NCBI GenBank assembly: GCA_963664325.2
Contig: CAXXDQ010000003.1
Location: 512,001-576,000, forward strand
Direction: 5' to 3'
Source of the DNA: Desulfomonilia bacterium
GTDB lineage: Bacteria > Desulfobacterota > Desulfomonilia > UBA1062
Length of the DNA stretch: 64,000 nt
Shown here: one piece after another, positions 20,017 to 31,000 of the stretch
Layout: each line of letters begins with the position of its first letter
Position numbering within the stretch: the first letter of the stretch is position 1
The notes under the pieces: generated by a model
The model's input: only the letters and a program-made list of their open reading frames with translations
The model's database searches: none
Told to the model about the DNA's origin: nothing
Program-made: the position numbers and the translations under genes

Positions 20017-20889
20017 TCAATCTTCTAAAGAAAGCTTCCAGAAGCCGTTTTCAAGGATGGCTCTAGACGGTTCGCCGGGCCGTGGCGGTTGTTTAAGTGC
20101 GGCGTCTGAATATCCCGGGTCATACGGCAGCCTGACACCGGTGATTGTTTCTTCGGTAAATACTTCGGGCTGGATTGAGGGGATATCCTTCGTTGCTGCA
20201 TAAACGAAAAGCTCATTTATCGTACCGAAAGAGGAAAGTTCCCTGAGAGTCATGAGCGTTGGCGGCATAAGCAGTATTTCACGTTGCCCGCTGAGCCCGA
20301 TAGCCTCATGGGGATTCATCCATTCTGCGCTTGTGAGCTCTTTATTGTCATGGAGGGCTTCCTGGCCGGAGGGGAAGCGGGCAAGGAAAAACCATGTGTC
20401 AAACCGTGTCTTCATAATTGCAGGCGTTATCCAGTGAGCGAAGGGGGTGAGGTCTTCAGGCGTGAAGATAAGACCTTCTTTTTGAGCCATTTCAGCAAGC
20501 GTGATTTTCCCGTCATGTATGTCCTTGCGATATTCTTTGAAGCGGCTTGATGCAGGTTCAACGGACAAGTTGAGCGTTCCGCCGAAAGCGTTTTTCGCAA
20601 GCAAGATGGAAGACTCCTCGAAAAGTTCGCGGATTGCGGCAAAGAAAAAACCGGATGCAGTTCTTTCATCCATATCATCAGTTTTCAGCATCGCTTTTGC
20701 CTTATTCCCGTTAAACTCCCTGCAAAAGCTCATAAGCACTTCATCTTTATCCGTTTCTTCTACAGCACCGCCAGGATAAACCGTGGCCTTGGCTATGAAA
20801 GAGTCATGCGTGCTTCTTTTCATGAGCAGGGTTTCCATCGGCTCCCTTATTACAATTACTGTGGATGCTTTCCTGGGCTCGGCAACCAT
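20017..20889 (-). CDS. Nudix hydrolase (NUDT19/acyl-CoA diphosphatase-like)
   Basis: VYPGG.V, AAIRELFEES, HWITP....RFDT.FF, PPT. Confidence 0.85.
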   Translation of the reverse strand: MVAEPRKASTVIVIREPMETLLMKRSTHDSFIAKATVYPGGAVEETDKDEVLMSFCREFNGNKAKAMLKTDDMDERTASGFFFAAIRELFEESSILLAKNAFGGTLNLSVEPASSRFKEYRKDIHDGKITLAEMAQKEGLIFTPEDLTPFAHWITPAIMKTRFDTWFFLARFPSGQEALHDNKELTSAEWMNPHEAIGLSGQREILLMPPTLMTLRELSSFGTINELFVYAATKDIPSIQPEVFTEETITGVRLPYDPGYSDAALKQPPRPGEPSRAILENGFWKLSLED

Positions 20890-20892
20890 AAC

Positions 20893-21552
20893 CTACAGTT
20901 CTCCATCGTGTTCTTTCAGAAAGCGCTCGAAAAAAGCCTCCATAAAGGCATGCCGGCCTTCAGCCATCCGCCGCCCTTCTGCCGTGAGCATCTTTTCATG
21001 TATCTTTGATAGCTTGACGACGTATTCCCGGTAGCCCGTGTCATCTTTTGTGTAAGGCAGCGTATCATAAGGGTCGACATGCGGATTATGGAGCACAGCA
21101 CCTATCTCGCCTGCAAACAGGAAGTCCCTTGCAATGCCTACGGCGCCTATTGCGTCGAGCTTGTCGGCGTCGAACAAGACTTTAGCCTCGATGGTCTCCG
21201 GCTCGTGGCTGTTCCTGTAACGATGGCATAGTACCGAGTGGACGATGTTGTCTTTTTTCTCCTTGGCGATGTCATAATTTTCAAGGACCTTTGCAGCTAT
21301 CCCGGCACCGACTTCAGCGTGGCAGATCTCGCCTTTTGCATTGTCCTGTGAGGCCCTGCCGATGTCATGCAGATAAGCTGCTATTGCAAGCACATCGAGG
21401 TCTGCGCCTTCGATTACGCCGATGTGCATGCAGAGCTTATAGACCCGCTCGGTATGATCCCAGTTATGGCTGTGTTTTGCTTCTCTGAAGGCCTTTTCAC
21501 AGTGGAGGCGGATGCCGTTTATTATTTCTTTCATGTCAATCTTCGCTAGCAT
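20893..21552 (-). CDS. HD-domain phosphohydrolase
   Basis: H...H..RV, LHDIGR, HA..GA, H, DADKLDAIGA.GIAR. Confidence 0.9.
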   Translation of the reverse strand: MLAKIDMKEIINGIRLHCEKAFREAKHSHNWDHTERVYKLCMHIGVIEGADLDVLAIAAYLHDIGRASQDNAKGEICHAEVGAGIAAKVLENYDIAKEKKDNIVHSVLCHRYRNSHEPETIEAKVLFDADKLDAIGAVGIARDFLFAGEIGAVLHNPHVDPYDTLPYTKDDTGYREYVVKLSKIHEKMLTAEGRRMAEGRHAFMEAFFERFLKEHDGEL

Positions 21553-21871
21553 AGAAGGCGATCTTCCACAAGCACGGGAGGTTATGGTATCGCATGTCCC
21601 GGTCTTGGCGCGACAGTTATTTTATTCAAAGTGAAGATGGTGCACCAGGGTCGCGGCTGTTACTTGAAAACCGGGAGTGATCTGAATAAAAGGTATGCGG
21701 AATCATGGCCCGATATTGATTGAAAGCAGTATTTCAGTTCAAGGAATATCCGGTCCGTTTCTCACCGTATCATTGGCTATGCAGCAGAGGATATTCACAC
21801 CGGCTTCCTCCTCAGTAATGCTTTTTCAAATGTTTCCGATAAGTTCGTCATAACCATTTTGGAGGCATGCT

Positions 21872-22954
21872 ATGAAAAAGATTACTTTTACAAGGATATT
21901 ATCCGTATTTACATGTATATTGTTTATGAGTATGTCAGGCTGCGGCGGTGGCGGTGGCGGCGGCGGAAGCAGTGACAGCAGCCCGAGCAGCGGGACCCCT
22001 GAACTGCTCAGCACATTTGGTGATGATGTAGCCGCATGCACACCCCAAATCCAGAGTAGAGGTAAAACCATTCCCGGGGCCGAGGGCGTAGGTACCATAA
22101 CAGATTGGACCGGATGGGATGTGACTCAAGAGAACACCATTTTCTATAATCTGTTCACTACCGATTGCATCGAAGGCCTATTCGATCCGATAGATAAAGC
22201 GGACATGTTCATCACGATCATCAACAGCTTCAGTGATTACTGGCAGACAAGCGGCGAATACAATGACGTCATACTGCCAATATTCAATACAACGGCAAAC
22301 CTGACGGTAGATACGAGCGTAAACAGTGTGAACATCCCGTTCTTCGGAGGCAATCAGGCTGTCGACCGGCTTATAACGGTTGAAGGTACGCTTGACGGGC
22401 TGACAGGCTTTGAAGCCCAGATGGCTTTCACCACGAGTGCTGACGGAGAGGCTATTGTTGTGTGGACACACTTTCCCGGCAAAGGTGAAACAAGCATGTT
22501 CTTCGGGAGAAAGGATGCTGCAGGCGAGATGGATGCATGGGCCGCATGCTTTGTTGACCAGGAAACACCGGACACCTCTGATGACTTCCAAATGGCTCTA
22601 AAATGGAAGGGCAATCCCAGCGAGAAACAGTTTGCAGTAACCCAGTATAAAAGCGGCGGCATCACTGCCCAGATACTGGCCGGGGGTTCTCCGGAAAGCG
22701 ACATGGCTTTCCTGGCCAAACTTGACAGTGCTGACGATGTCGCAGCAAACGGCGATCCGTATTACCTTGTCTGCACCAATGAAGACATTACTGAAAATAC
22801 ATTGCCTCACCCTGATATAGTCAACGGGACATTAACGCCTCCGTATGAGGTTGATAATGATGTACTCAAATATATTGAAAATGGTAATGACTACTGTCTC
22901 GGTTATCTCACTTCATACCCGGAACAGGCATCTGATGTGCAAGCCCTGAATTAG
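21872..22954 (+). CDS. Acidic lipoprotein of unknown function
   Basis: Lipobox MSG-C followed by a G8 and Ser-rich linker; RBS GGAGG; terminator downstream. Confidence 0.75.
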   Translation: MKKITFTRILSVFTCILFMSMSGCGGGGGGGGSSDSSPSSGTPELLSTFGDDVAACTPQIQSRGKTIPGAEGVGTITDWTGWDVTQENTIFYNLFTTDCIEGLFDPIDKADMFITIINSFSDYWQTSGEYNDVILPIFNTTANLTVDTSVNSVNIPFFGGNQAVDRLITVEGTLDGLTGFEAQMAFTTSADGEAIVVWTHFPGKGETSMFFGRKDAAGEMDAWAACFVDQETPDTSDDFQMALKWKGNPSEKQFAVTQYKSGGITAQILAGGSPESDMAFLAKLDSADDVAANGDPYYLVCTNEDITENTLPHPDIVNGTLTPPYEVDNDVLKYIENGNDYCLGYLTSYPEQASDVQALN

Positions 22955-22997
22955 CTCTTTCTCTCGGTCGGGCATAGGACAATCCTTTTCGATCCGA

Positions 22998-23035
22998 AAT
23001 GGGCGAGATCGGCATTTATGCTGATCTCGCCCATT
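22998..23035. terminator. Strong hairpin / terminator
   Basis: AATGGGCGAGATCGGCAT-tt-ATGCTGATCTCGCCCATT. Confidence 0.8.
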
Positions 23036-23405
23036 GATTTCAATATCTGGTCTTTTCTCCGGCCAGCCTTACATAAGCACCTTAAGAAAATACTGTGAAA
23101 GGACTGAGTAAGGATCATAAGCAGAACAGTTATAATCGCCTGTACTCTTTTTTCACCGGCACCGAATGATATGTTTCCATGTCCTTGTGTAATCCTGCTC
23201 CTGGGGCATCCCTGTAAATTACAAGCTCGTGTTTCCTGGCGACGCCTTCTTCCCTGGCTTTACTGGATTTTTCAACCAGTTCATTACGTTCTTTTCTGTT
23301 CCCGGCGTTTTCCATGAATATGCCTGCAAAGCCCGGGGTCCTGGACTTTTTTCGTGGAGCTCTTTGTCGGTCTTGAAAACGGCGTTATCTCTCATGTTAA
23401 TTGCG

Positions 23406-24173
23406 CTATTTCAATTTCCCGATGAAAAGCCTTGTTTCATATTCGAACATGACATGATTGTCTTGCGAATGCATCTCGAACAATGCTTTCAATCCGGCCA
23501 TCAGGGAACCATATCGGGGATTGTCAGGAGTTGGCGTATATGATGAAGAGAGCATTCTTCCCGCAAGGCCTTCAAAGTCAAAGCGCTGAACATTATAGAA
23601 TATGAATAACTTGAAGGAGTCATTACCAAAGAACTTTCTGATCACCGTATCATCTATATTCCTATGATTGGCTGAACCGTATTCGGGCACATATTTTTCC
23701 AGGAGCCGGTCATAGGCATTTTGAAAAGGTGAATCCGTTTTTCTCTGGTTCCAGATAAGGGCTGAAAAACCATCCGGTTTAAGAATCCGTCGGAATTCCT
23801 GCCTGCAGATATCCAGGTCAAACCAGTGGAAGGACTGCGCAGCGGTGATAAGGTCTATTGATCGGGCATCCAGACCTGTATTCTCAGCCGTACCGGAAAT
23901 GCTTTCAAAAAGCTTGTTTCCGTTGAACCTGTCTTCTGCGGCAAGCCTCATTTCATTGTTGGGTTCAACCGCAAAGACCCTTAATCCTGCATTTATCAGA
24001 AGAGCCGTAAATATTCCGGTTCCCGATCCGATATCTGCAATCAAGGAATTTTTATCAATGCGGCAGTTTAATATCAATGTATCGATGGCTTCTGTCGGGT
24101 AAGATGGTCGATACTTAACGTAATTTTCTACACGGTTGGAGAACCTTTCTGTCGGATAATTTCCTGTCTTCAT
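23406..24173 (-). CDS. Class I SAM-dependent methyltransferase
   Basis: RFS....Y..YRPSYP, ADIGSGTG, AVEPN..M, DLITAAQSFHWFD. Confidence 0.9.
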   Translation of the reverse strand: MKTGNYPTERFSNRVENYVKYRPSYPTEAIDTLILNCRIDKNSLIADIGSGTGIFTALLINAGLRVFAVEPNNEMRLAAEDRFNGNKLFESISGTAENTGLDARSIDLITAAQSFHWFDLDICRQEFRRILKPDGFSALIWNQRKTDSPFQNAYDRLLEKYVPEYGSANHRNIDDTVIRKFFGNDSFKLFIFYNVQRFDFEGLAGRMLSSSYTPTPDNPRYGSLMAGLKALFEMHSQDNHVMFEYETRLFIGKLK

Positions 24174-24367
24174 ATCACACCTTACTTTTCTCGGAGTAAT
24201 AACCATGTGAAATAAACCTGTAAAGCAGTATCTTTTACAATTTTTGAGGGATATGTCCTGCGGATTTTCTTGAAGCCTTAAGTTACCTGTTATTTAAATT
24301 TCTTGACAGTGATTTACCGCATATTATACGCATTCGGCTATTATTCTTGCAGTACCGGAGGCATAAA

Positions 24368-25570
24368 ATGTGGAGAGACAAGGGAAAAACATTCGGTAAG
24401 ATGTCAACACGAGCAGTTCACGCAGGAGAGGGGAGACTCAAATATGCGGATTCCCTGACCACGCCGATTGTCCAGACTTCGACATTTACATTCAAGGACA
24501 GCAAGGAAATTCAGGCTTATACAAAAGAAAAGAAGGAAAGGTTCGAGTACGGCAGATACGGCAATCCAACAGAGAAGATCGCCGAAAACAGGCTGGCCGA
24601 TCTGGAGGGAGCAGAAGATTGTGTTGTTTTTTCTTCTGGTATGATGGCGATAACGACCACCATACTTTCACTTGTCCATACAGGTGATCATATCATCATG
24701 ACGGATGACTGCTACAAGAAAACTCTTGAATTCTGCAATAAGTATCTCAAGCGCTTCGGCATAGAGTGTACAATAGTGCCCTTCGGTGACTATGAAGCAC
24801 TCGAAAATGCCATAAAGGTAAATACCCGGTTCATATTCTCTGAATCGCCTACAAATCCTTATCTCAACGTGTTCGATCTCGAAAAGTTCAGGGACATCTG
24901 CAAAAGGCACGACCTGATATCAATAATAGACAGCACTTTCGCGACGCCTTACAATCAGAGACCGATCGAATTCGGCATTGACCTGGTGATACAGAGCGCG
25001 ACGAAATACCTGGCCGGCCACAACGACATCCTGGCAGGCGCCGTTCTTGGTTCAAAAGAGCAGCTTGACAAAATCCGGGCACTCCACAAATCAATGGGGG
25101 GGCTTATAGATCCTCATTGCTGCTACCTGCTGCTCAGGGGATTGAAGACTTTCCCGCTCAGGGTCAGATACCAGAATGAAAGCGCTTTGAAGGTCGCTGA
25201 ATTCCTTGAATCTCACAACCTCGTCCAGAAGGTATATTATCCGTTTCTGCCCAGCCACCGGCATTATTCCATAGCCAAAGCACAGATGACAGGCGGCGGA
25301 GGCGTAGTGTCGTTCGATATCAAGGGTGACCTCGATACAGCGAAACGCTTCATGGATGCTCTTGAAATGATCTATATAGCTCCAAGTCTGGGCGGCGTCG
25401 AAACGCTGATTACACATCCTGCGATCGTCAGTTATTATGATTATTCCAGGGATGAGCGCTACGAGCTTGGCATAACTGATACCCTGTTCAGGCTCGCCGT
25501 AGGCATCGAAGACACAGACGATATCATCCGTGATCTTGAAAACGCTCTGAGCAAGACAAAAGGGTTATGA
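24368..25570 (+). CDS. metB: Cystathionine gamma-synthase / Cys-Met metabolism PLP enzyme (plant-CGS-like)
   Basis: YGRYGNPT, ESPTNP, DSTFATP, SATKYLAGHND (PLP Lys), PSLGGVE. GGAGG precedes ATG 24368; TTGACA at 24303. Confidence 0.75.
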   Translation: MWRDKGKTFGKMSTRAVHAGEGRLKYADSLTTPIVQTSTFTFKDSKEIQAYTKEKKERFEYGRYGNPTEKIAENRLADLEGAEDCVVFSSGMMAITTTILSLVHTGDHIIMTDDCYKKTLEFCNKYLKRFGIECTIVPFGDYEALENAIKVNTRFIFSESPTNPYLNVFDLEKFRDICKRHDLISIIDSTFATPYNQRPIEFGIDLVIQSATKYLAGHNDILAGAVLGSKEQLDKIRALHKSMGGLIDPHCCYLLLRGLKTFPLRVRYQNESALKVAEFLESHNLVQKVYYPFLPSHRHYSIAKAQMTGGGGVVSFDIKGDLDTAKRFMDALEMIYIAPSLGGVETLITHPAIVSYYDYSRDERYELGITDTLFRLAVGIEDTDDIIRDLENALSKTKGL

Positions 25571-25750
25571 CAGGCATAGCCCCGTCGGCGGTGCAACCCG
25601 GTCTTTCTTGAGGCTGCCATGATTGTATGCCGGATTCTAATGCGGATAATGCCGGCGAAAGAATAAAACTCTTTTATATGATGGTATATTTGTGCAATAA
25701 TTTGGAGGATTATCATTTCGTGATTATAAATAAATTCTGAGGAGTTGCTT

Positions 25751-27080
25751 ATGTCCAGGGCAAAAATGAGTAATCGTGATCTAATAACATTGATAATGTT
25801 GTTTTTAATGACAACAATTCTCTATGCGGACCAGAGCATCATGTCGGCAATTATTCCTGAACTCTCAAAGACATTTGGTGTCCGATGAAGGCACTCTAGG
25901 TTATGTAGGTTCAGCATTTGTCATCGTAGGTGCAATAATGAGTCTTACCTTCGGTTATCTTGCAGACAAGAAATCACGCAAGATGCTTTTTGTTTTGGCA
26001 ATATTAGTTGGAGAAGTTCCCTGCATATTAACAGGCATAAAATATTTTACACCGGATATATACTGGTTCACTGGTCTCAGAGTGCTTTCAGGAATAGGGT
26101 TAGGCGCATTGTTCCCTCTTACTCATTCTGTTTTGGCAGATTACTTTACTGAAGAACACAGAGCATTTGCCGCCGCATGGATGGGTGCTGCCTGGGGGAT
26201 TGGAAGCACAATTGGAGTTGCTGTTGCGGGTTACCTGACAAATATGGATCTCTTCGGACTTGGCTGGAGAATTTCTTTTATTCTGATTGGCGTTCCGAAC
26301 ATACCTCTTGTTCTTGCATTCTGGGCATACGCAAAAGAACCCGAAAAAGGCAGGGCTGAGGATGCCTTGGAGGAGCTTAATCAGGAAGGAGTGGTGTACA
26401 AACAGACAATAAAATGGAGCGACTTCAAGATCATTGCTTCAAACAAAACCAACATATTCACAATGATTCAGGGTATTCCCGGCTCCATTCCCTGGGGTAT
26501 CTTTGCATATTGGCCTGATCACGTATTTCAGGACAGTCCGAGGTGTTTCTCAGGAAATGGCTACCACTATTTTTCTGGTTTTAGGTATTGGAAGCACTCT
26601 GGGTGGTGTATTCTGGGCTTACATCGGTGATAAGCTGTACAAAAAAGATCCAAGGTATATGCCGATTTTATGTGGAGTAGTTGTACTTTTAGGAATTGTT
26701 CCAACAGGAATCATACTTAATGTGCCGATTGAGCAATAATGTATATATGATATTCGGTTTCCTTACAGGATTTATTGTTTCCGTTGCTGCTGCCCAATTA
26801 TAAAGCAATTCTCATGAATGTTAACAGACCAGAGAACAGGGGAAGCGTTTTTGCTGTTTCAAATATCGTTGCCGACAACATAGGAATGGGACTTGGACCA
26901 ATGGTCGGAGGGCTTCTTCTGTCCCAAGGCTATCAGTTCATGATGAATTTTGCTATATCCTGGTGGATACCTTGCGGCCTGCTTTTCCTGATGGCAGCAA
27001 AATATATTACTAGGGACAGGGATGTTCTTCAGGCTTATCTGACAGAGCAGGCAAAGTTTATGGAGAAAGAGAAGGCATAG
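25751..27080 (+). pseudogene. MFS transporter, interrupted by four +1 frameshifts (probably sequencing errors)
   Basis: One continuous MFS protein (MSRAK...YADQSIMSA...GYLADKKSRK...NVNRPENRG) is restored by removing one base each at CC 25882, CC 26514, TT 26729 and CCC 26793. Confidence 0.8.
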
Positions 27081-27089
27081 TGCAACAGT

Positions 27090-27115
27090 CGCCGCAGGGG
27101 TTTAAACCTGCGGCG
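27090..27115. terminator. Hairpin between convergent MFS and nth genes
   Basis: CGCCGCAGG-ggtttaaa-CCTGCGGCG. Confidence 0.75.
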
Positions 27116-27117
27116 GT

Positions 27118-27771
27118 CTATCTTGATTTAGTTACACCGATTCTATTGCAATAACCCGTTATTTTACATTTTGAACAGAACGGGCTAACCGGCAAACACA
27201 GATTCTGGCCGTAGGGCACAAGCAGGTTATTAATTTCCTTCCAGTGTTTTTTAGGGAGTTTTTTTCTAAGGGCCATTTCTGTTTCATCTGGATTTTTAGT
27301 CTTAACATATCCCCAGCGGTTCGTAATTCTGTGGACATGAGTATCAACACAAATTCCCATTTTATCAAAACCGAGGATCAGTACAAGGTTTGCAGTTTTT
27401 CTTCCCACACCAGGAAGATTCAATAACTCATCAAGATTGTCAGGTACCCTGCCGCAATATTTGACTAATATTGTCAGTGAGGTTTCTATAATATTTCTGG
27501 CCTTGGTGTGATAAAAACCTACAGGAAATATAGCCTTTTCAATTTTATCAACAGGTACTCCAATCATTTTATCAGGGCTGCCTGCAATTGAAAAGAGTCT
27601 GTCGGCAGCTTCATGCGTTGTTGAGTCTTTTGTTCTGAGGCTCAGGATTGTTGATATAAGGACTTTATAAGGGTCATGTTCTCTGGCAACTATTCCCACG
27701 ATAGGCTCCTGCCAGAATGATATCTCTTTTCTGAGTATGCTGAAAACTTTACTGATATTCGAGTTATGCAT
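27118..27771 (-). CDS. nth: Endonuclease III
   Basis: HhH motif LPGVGRKTAN, VDTHVHRI, Fe-S motif C-X6-C-X2-C-X5-C. Confidence 0.93.
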   Translation of the reverse strand: MHNSNISKVFSILRKEISFWQEPIVGIVAREHDPYKVLISTILSLRTKDSTTHEAADRLFSIAGSPDKMIGVPVDKIEKAIFPVGFYHTKARNIIETSLTILVKYCGRVPDNLDELLNLPGVGRKTANLVLILGFDKMGICVDTHVHRITNRWGYVKTKNPDETEMALRKKLPKKHWKEINNLLVPYGQNLCLPVSPFCSKCKITGYCNRIGVTKSR

Positions 27772-27908
27772 AAAAATATTTTACCGATATTCCCAATAAG
27801 GCTCAATCAATTATTATTTTTTACAAGATGAAATTAAATTCAGAGACATAGGAAAAAAATTTCCGTATAAATCCTGAATCATGTTAAATTAAACACTATC
27901 AATCTTAA

Positions 27909-27921
27909 TAACCGATTGATA
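27909..27921 (-). promoter_or_regulatory. IHF binding site
   Basis: The minus strand reads TATCAA-TCGG-TTA, an exact match to WATCAANNNNTTR. Confidence 0.55.
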
Positions 27922-27948
27922 TTAAATTAACAATTTAATATAAGTAAT

Positions 27949-27964
27949 AGGCATGGTTCATGCA
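27949..27964 (+). promoter_or_regulatory. Putative sigma54 (-24/-12) promoter of the NRPS operon
   Basis: AGGCATGGTTCATGCA versus the consensus TGGCACG-N4-TTGCW; GG-N10-GC spacing is exact; about 70 bp upstream of the ATG. Confidence 0.55.
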
Positions 27965-28035
27965 AATAAATATAGTTTAATAAATCATAAAATATTTTAT
28001 ATTGATTCAAACTAACCGGATTACGGGGGACGCGA

Positions 28036-31000
28036 ATGATGGAATATATTTATTCAAAAGATTCAATCAGCAAAGGGCCTGAACTTAATATTCTTCCTTA
28101 TTTTGCAAACACCCTTCCTGAGCTTTTGAAAAATGCAATTACAGTAGGCGTCAACAAGGGGATTATTTTTGTTGAAGCCGACGGGTCCGAAACGACATTA
28201 CTCTATAAAGACCTGCTGGAAGAAGCGTCCAGAGTATTAACCGGTCTCAGGTCAAACGGGATGAAGGCCGGGGACAATGTTGTGATACAGGTTGACAATG
28301 ACAGGTATTTCCTTCTGGCCTTTTGGGGCATTGTTCTGGGAGGCGGTATACCTGTTCCACTTGCAATTCCAAACAGTTTTCCAATAAGTGAAGGTTCTGA
28401 AAAGGTTGCGAGCGTCTGTTCTCTGCTCAGGAATGCTTTTATTGTTACGGACCAGGACCCGTCGGGATACAGGGATGTTGTTTCAAGGGCAGTGCTGATT
28501 GTCAGCGATCTTGCAGACAATGAACCTGACAGGAATTATAATGATCCTGATCCTGATGATATCGCATATGTGCAGTTTTCTTCGGGATCGACAGGCGATG
28601 CCAAGGGGGTTATACTCACTCACAGGAATATACTTGTCAACATTTATGCAATAATAGAGGCATCAGGCAATCCGGAACAGCTAAGAATAAGAGACGAGCT
28701 GCTGGGCAAACCGTTAGAGGCGACTGACATACCATACAGCACATGCAGCTGGCTGCCCTATTCCCATGATATGGGGCTGATCGGTTTTCATCTTACACCG
28801 ATGGCCGGAAGCATCATGCAGATCAAGATGTCCACGACCACTTTTGTTATCAATCCGACATTAAACCTTCTTCTGATTGACAAATACAGGATAACACAGA
28901 TACCGAGTCCCAATTTCGGTCTGCTGTGGATGCTGTACATGATTAAAGATGAAAGCATAAAGGGCATCGACCTTTCATGTGTTGACGCTCTTTTTAACGG
29001 TGCTGAACCTATTTCCCCGATGGCTGTGAGGCTGTTTATCGACAGGTTCAGGCAATACGGATTCAACCCCAAGTCCATGTTCCCCGTTTACGGAATGGCC
29101 GAAGCGTCACTATTGGTTACCGCACCGCCAAGGAATAGTGAAACTTTATATCACATGCTGGACAGGGGATCCTTCACTGAAAATCATGTTGCCGTTGATG
29201 CAAAGACAGACCTTCCAGTCATCGAATTTGTTGATGAAGGTTACCCTGCAATGGGGATGGAGCTGAGAATTGTCGATAGCGAAGATAATGTGGTCAATGA
29301 AGGAAAAGTTGGTCATATACAAATCAAGGGACCGAATGTAACCAGCGGCTATTACAAAAAAGAAGAATTGAATTCGGAGCTGTTTTGTGACGGATGGCTC
29401 AGGACCGGAGACCTTGGATTCCTTTTAAATGATAGGCTGACTGTTACGGGCCGTCATAAGGATGTTATATTTGTCAACGGTCAAAATTATTATTCACATG
29501 ACATCGAAGAAGAGCTTCAGCAGTTACCATTTGTGGGTTTTAAAAATATGGCTGTTTGCGGGGTTACGGACCATGACAGAGGCACTGAAAATATAGTGCT
29601 TTTCATTAAGACTAAAAAATCCAAGGAAAGCCTGATTGAATTGCTTGAAAAGATTAACAAGCATCTCGGAGTAAAGATCCGGGTGGGAATTGAAGCCATT
29701 GTTCCGATGCATGACATACCAAGGACAACCAGCGGCAAGGTCCAGAGATTTATATTAAGGGAAAAATATGAGGCCGGAGGTTTCAGAGACAGGGAAATCA
29801 AAAGACTGGATCAACGTATATCTCCTTACAGTGACCAGAGGACAGAACGCAAACATTCGAATCTTTCGATCAGCAAAGGGCCTGAACTTAATATTCTTCC
29901 TTTTTTTGCAAACACCCTTCCTGAGCTTTTGAAAAATGCGATCACAGTAGGCGTCAACAAGGGGATTATTTTTGTTGAAGCCGACGGGTCCGAAACGATA
30001 TTACTCTATAAAGACCTGCTGGAAGAAGCGTCCAGAGTATTAACCGGTCTCAGGTCAAACGGGATGAAGGCCGGGGACAAGGTTGTGATACAGGTTGACA
30101 ATGACAGGTATTTCCTTCTGGCCTTTTGGGGCATTGTTCTGGGAGGCGGTATACCTGTTCCACTTGCAATTCCAAACAGTTTTCCAATAAGTGAAGGTTC
30201 TGAAAAGGTTGCGAGCGTCTGTTCTCTGCTCAGGAATGCTTTTATTGTTACGGACCAGGACCCGTCGGGATACAGGGATGTTGTTTCAAGGGCAGTGCTG
30301 ATTGTCAGTGATCTTGCAGACAATGAACCTGACAGGAATTATAATGATCCTGATCCTGATGATATCGCATATGTGCAGTTTTCTTCGGGATCGACAGGCG
30401 ATGCCAAGGGGGTTATACTCACTCACAGGAATATACTTGTCAACCTTTACGCAATAGTGGAGGCATCTGGCAATCCGGAACAGCTAAGAATAAGAGACGA
30501 GCTGCTGGGCAAACCGTTAGAGGCGACTGACATACCATACAGCACATGCAGCTGGCTGCCCTATTCCCATGATATGGGGCTGATCGGTTTTCATCTTACA
30601 CCGATGGCCGGGAGCATGTTGCAGATCAAGATGTCCACGACCACTTTTGTTATCAATCCGACATTAAACCTTCTTCTGATTGACAAATACAGGATAACAC
30701 AGATACCGAGTCCCAATTTCGGTCTGCTGTGGATGCTGTACATGATTAAGGATGAAAGCATAAAGGGCATCGACCTTTCATGTATCGATATTCTTTTTAA
30801 CGGTGCTGAACCTATTTCCCCGATGGCTGTGAGGCTGTTTATCGACAGGTTCAGGCAATACGGATTCAACCCCAAGTCCATGTTCCCCGTTTACGGAATG
30901 GCCGAAGCGTCACTGATGATTACCGCACCGCCAAGGAATACTGAAACTGTGTATCATCTGCTGGACAGGGAGTCATTTTCAAAAAAGCATATAGCGGTTA

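Noticed and set aside
23130-23395. Small minus-strand ORF(s) after the methyltransferase
   Set aside because: There is no recognisable motif, and joining the pieces needs an assumed frameshift; support is insufficient.
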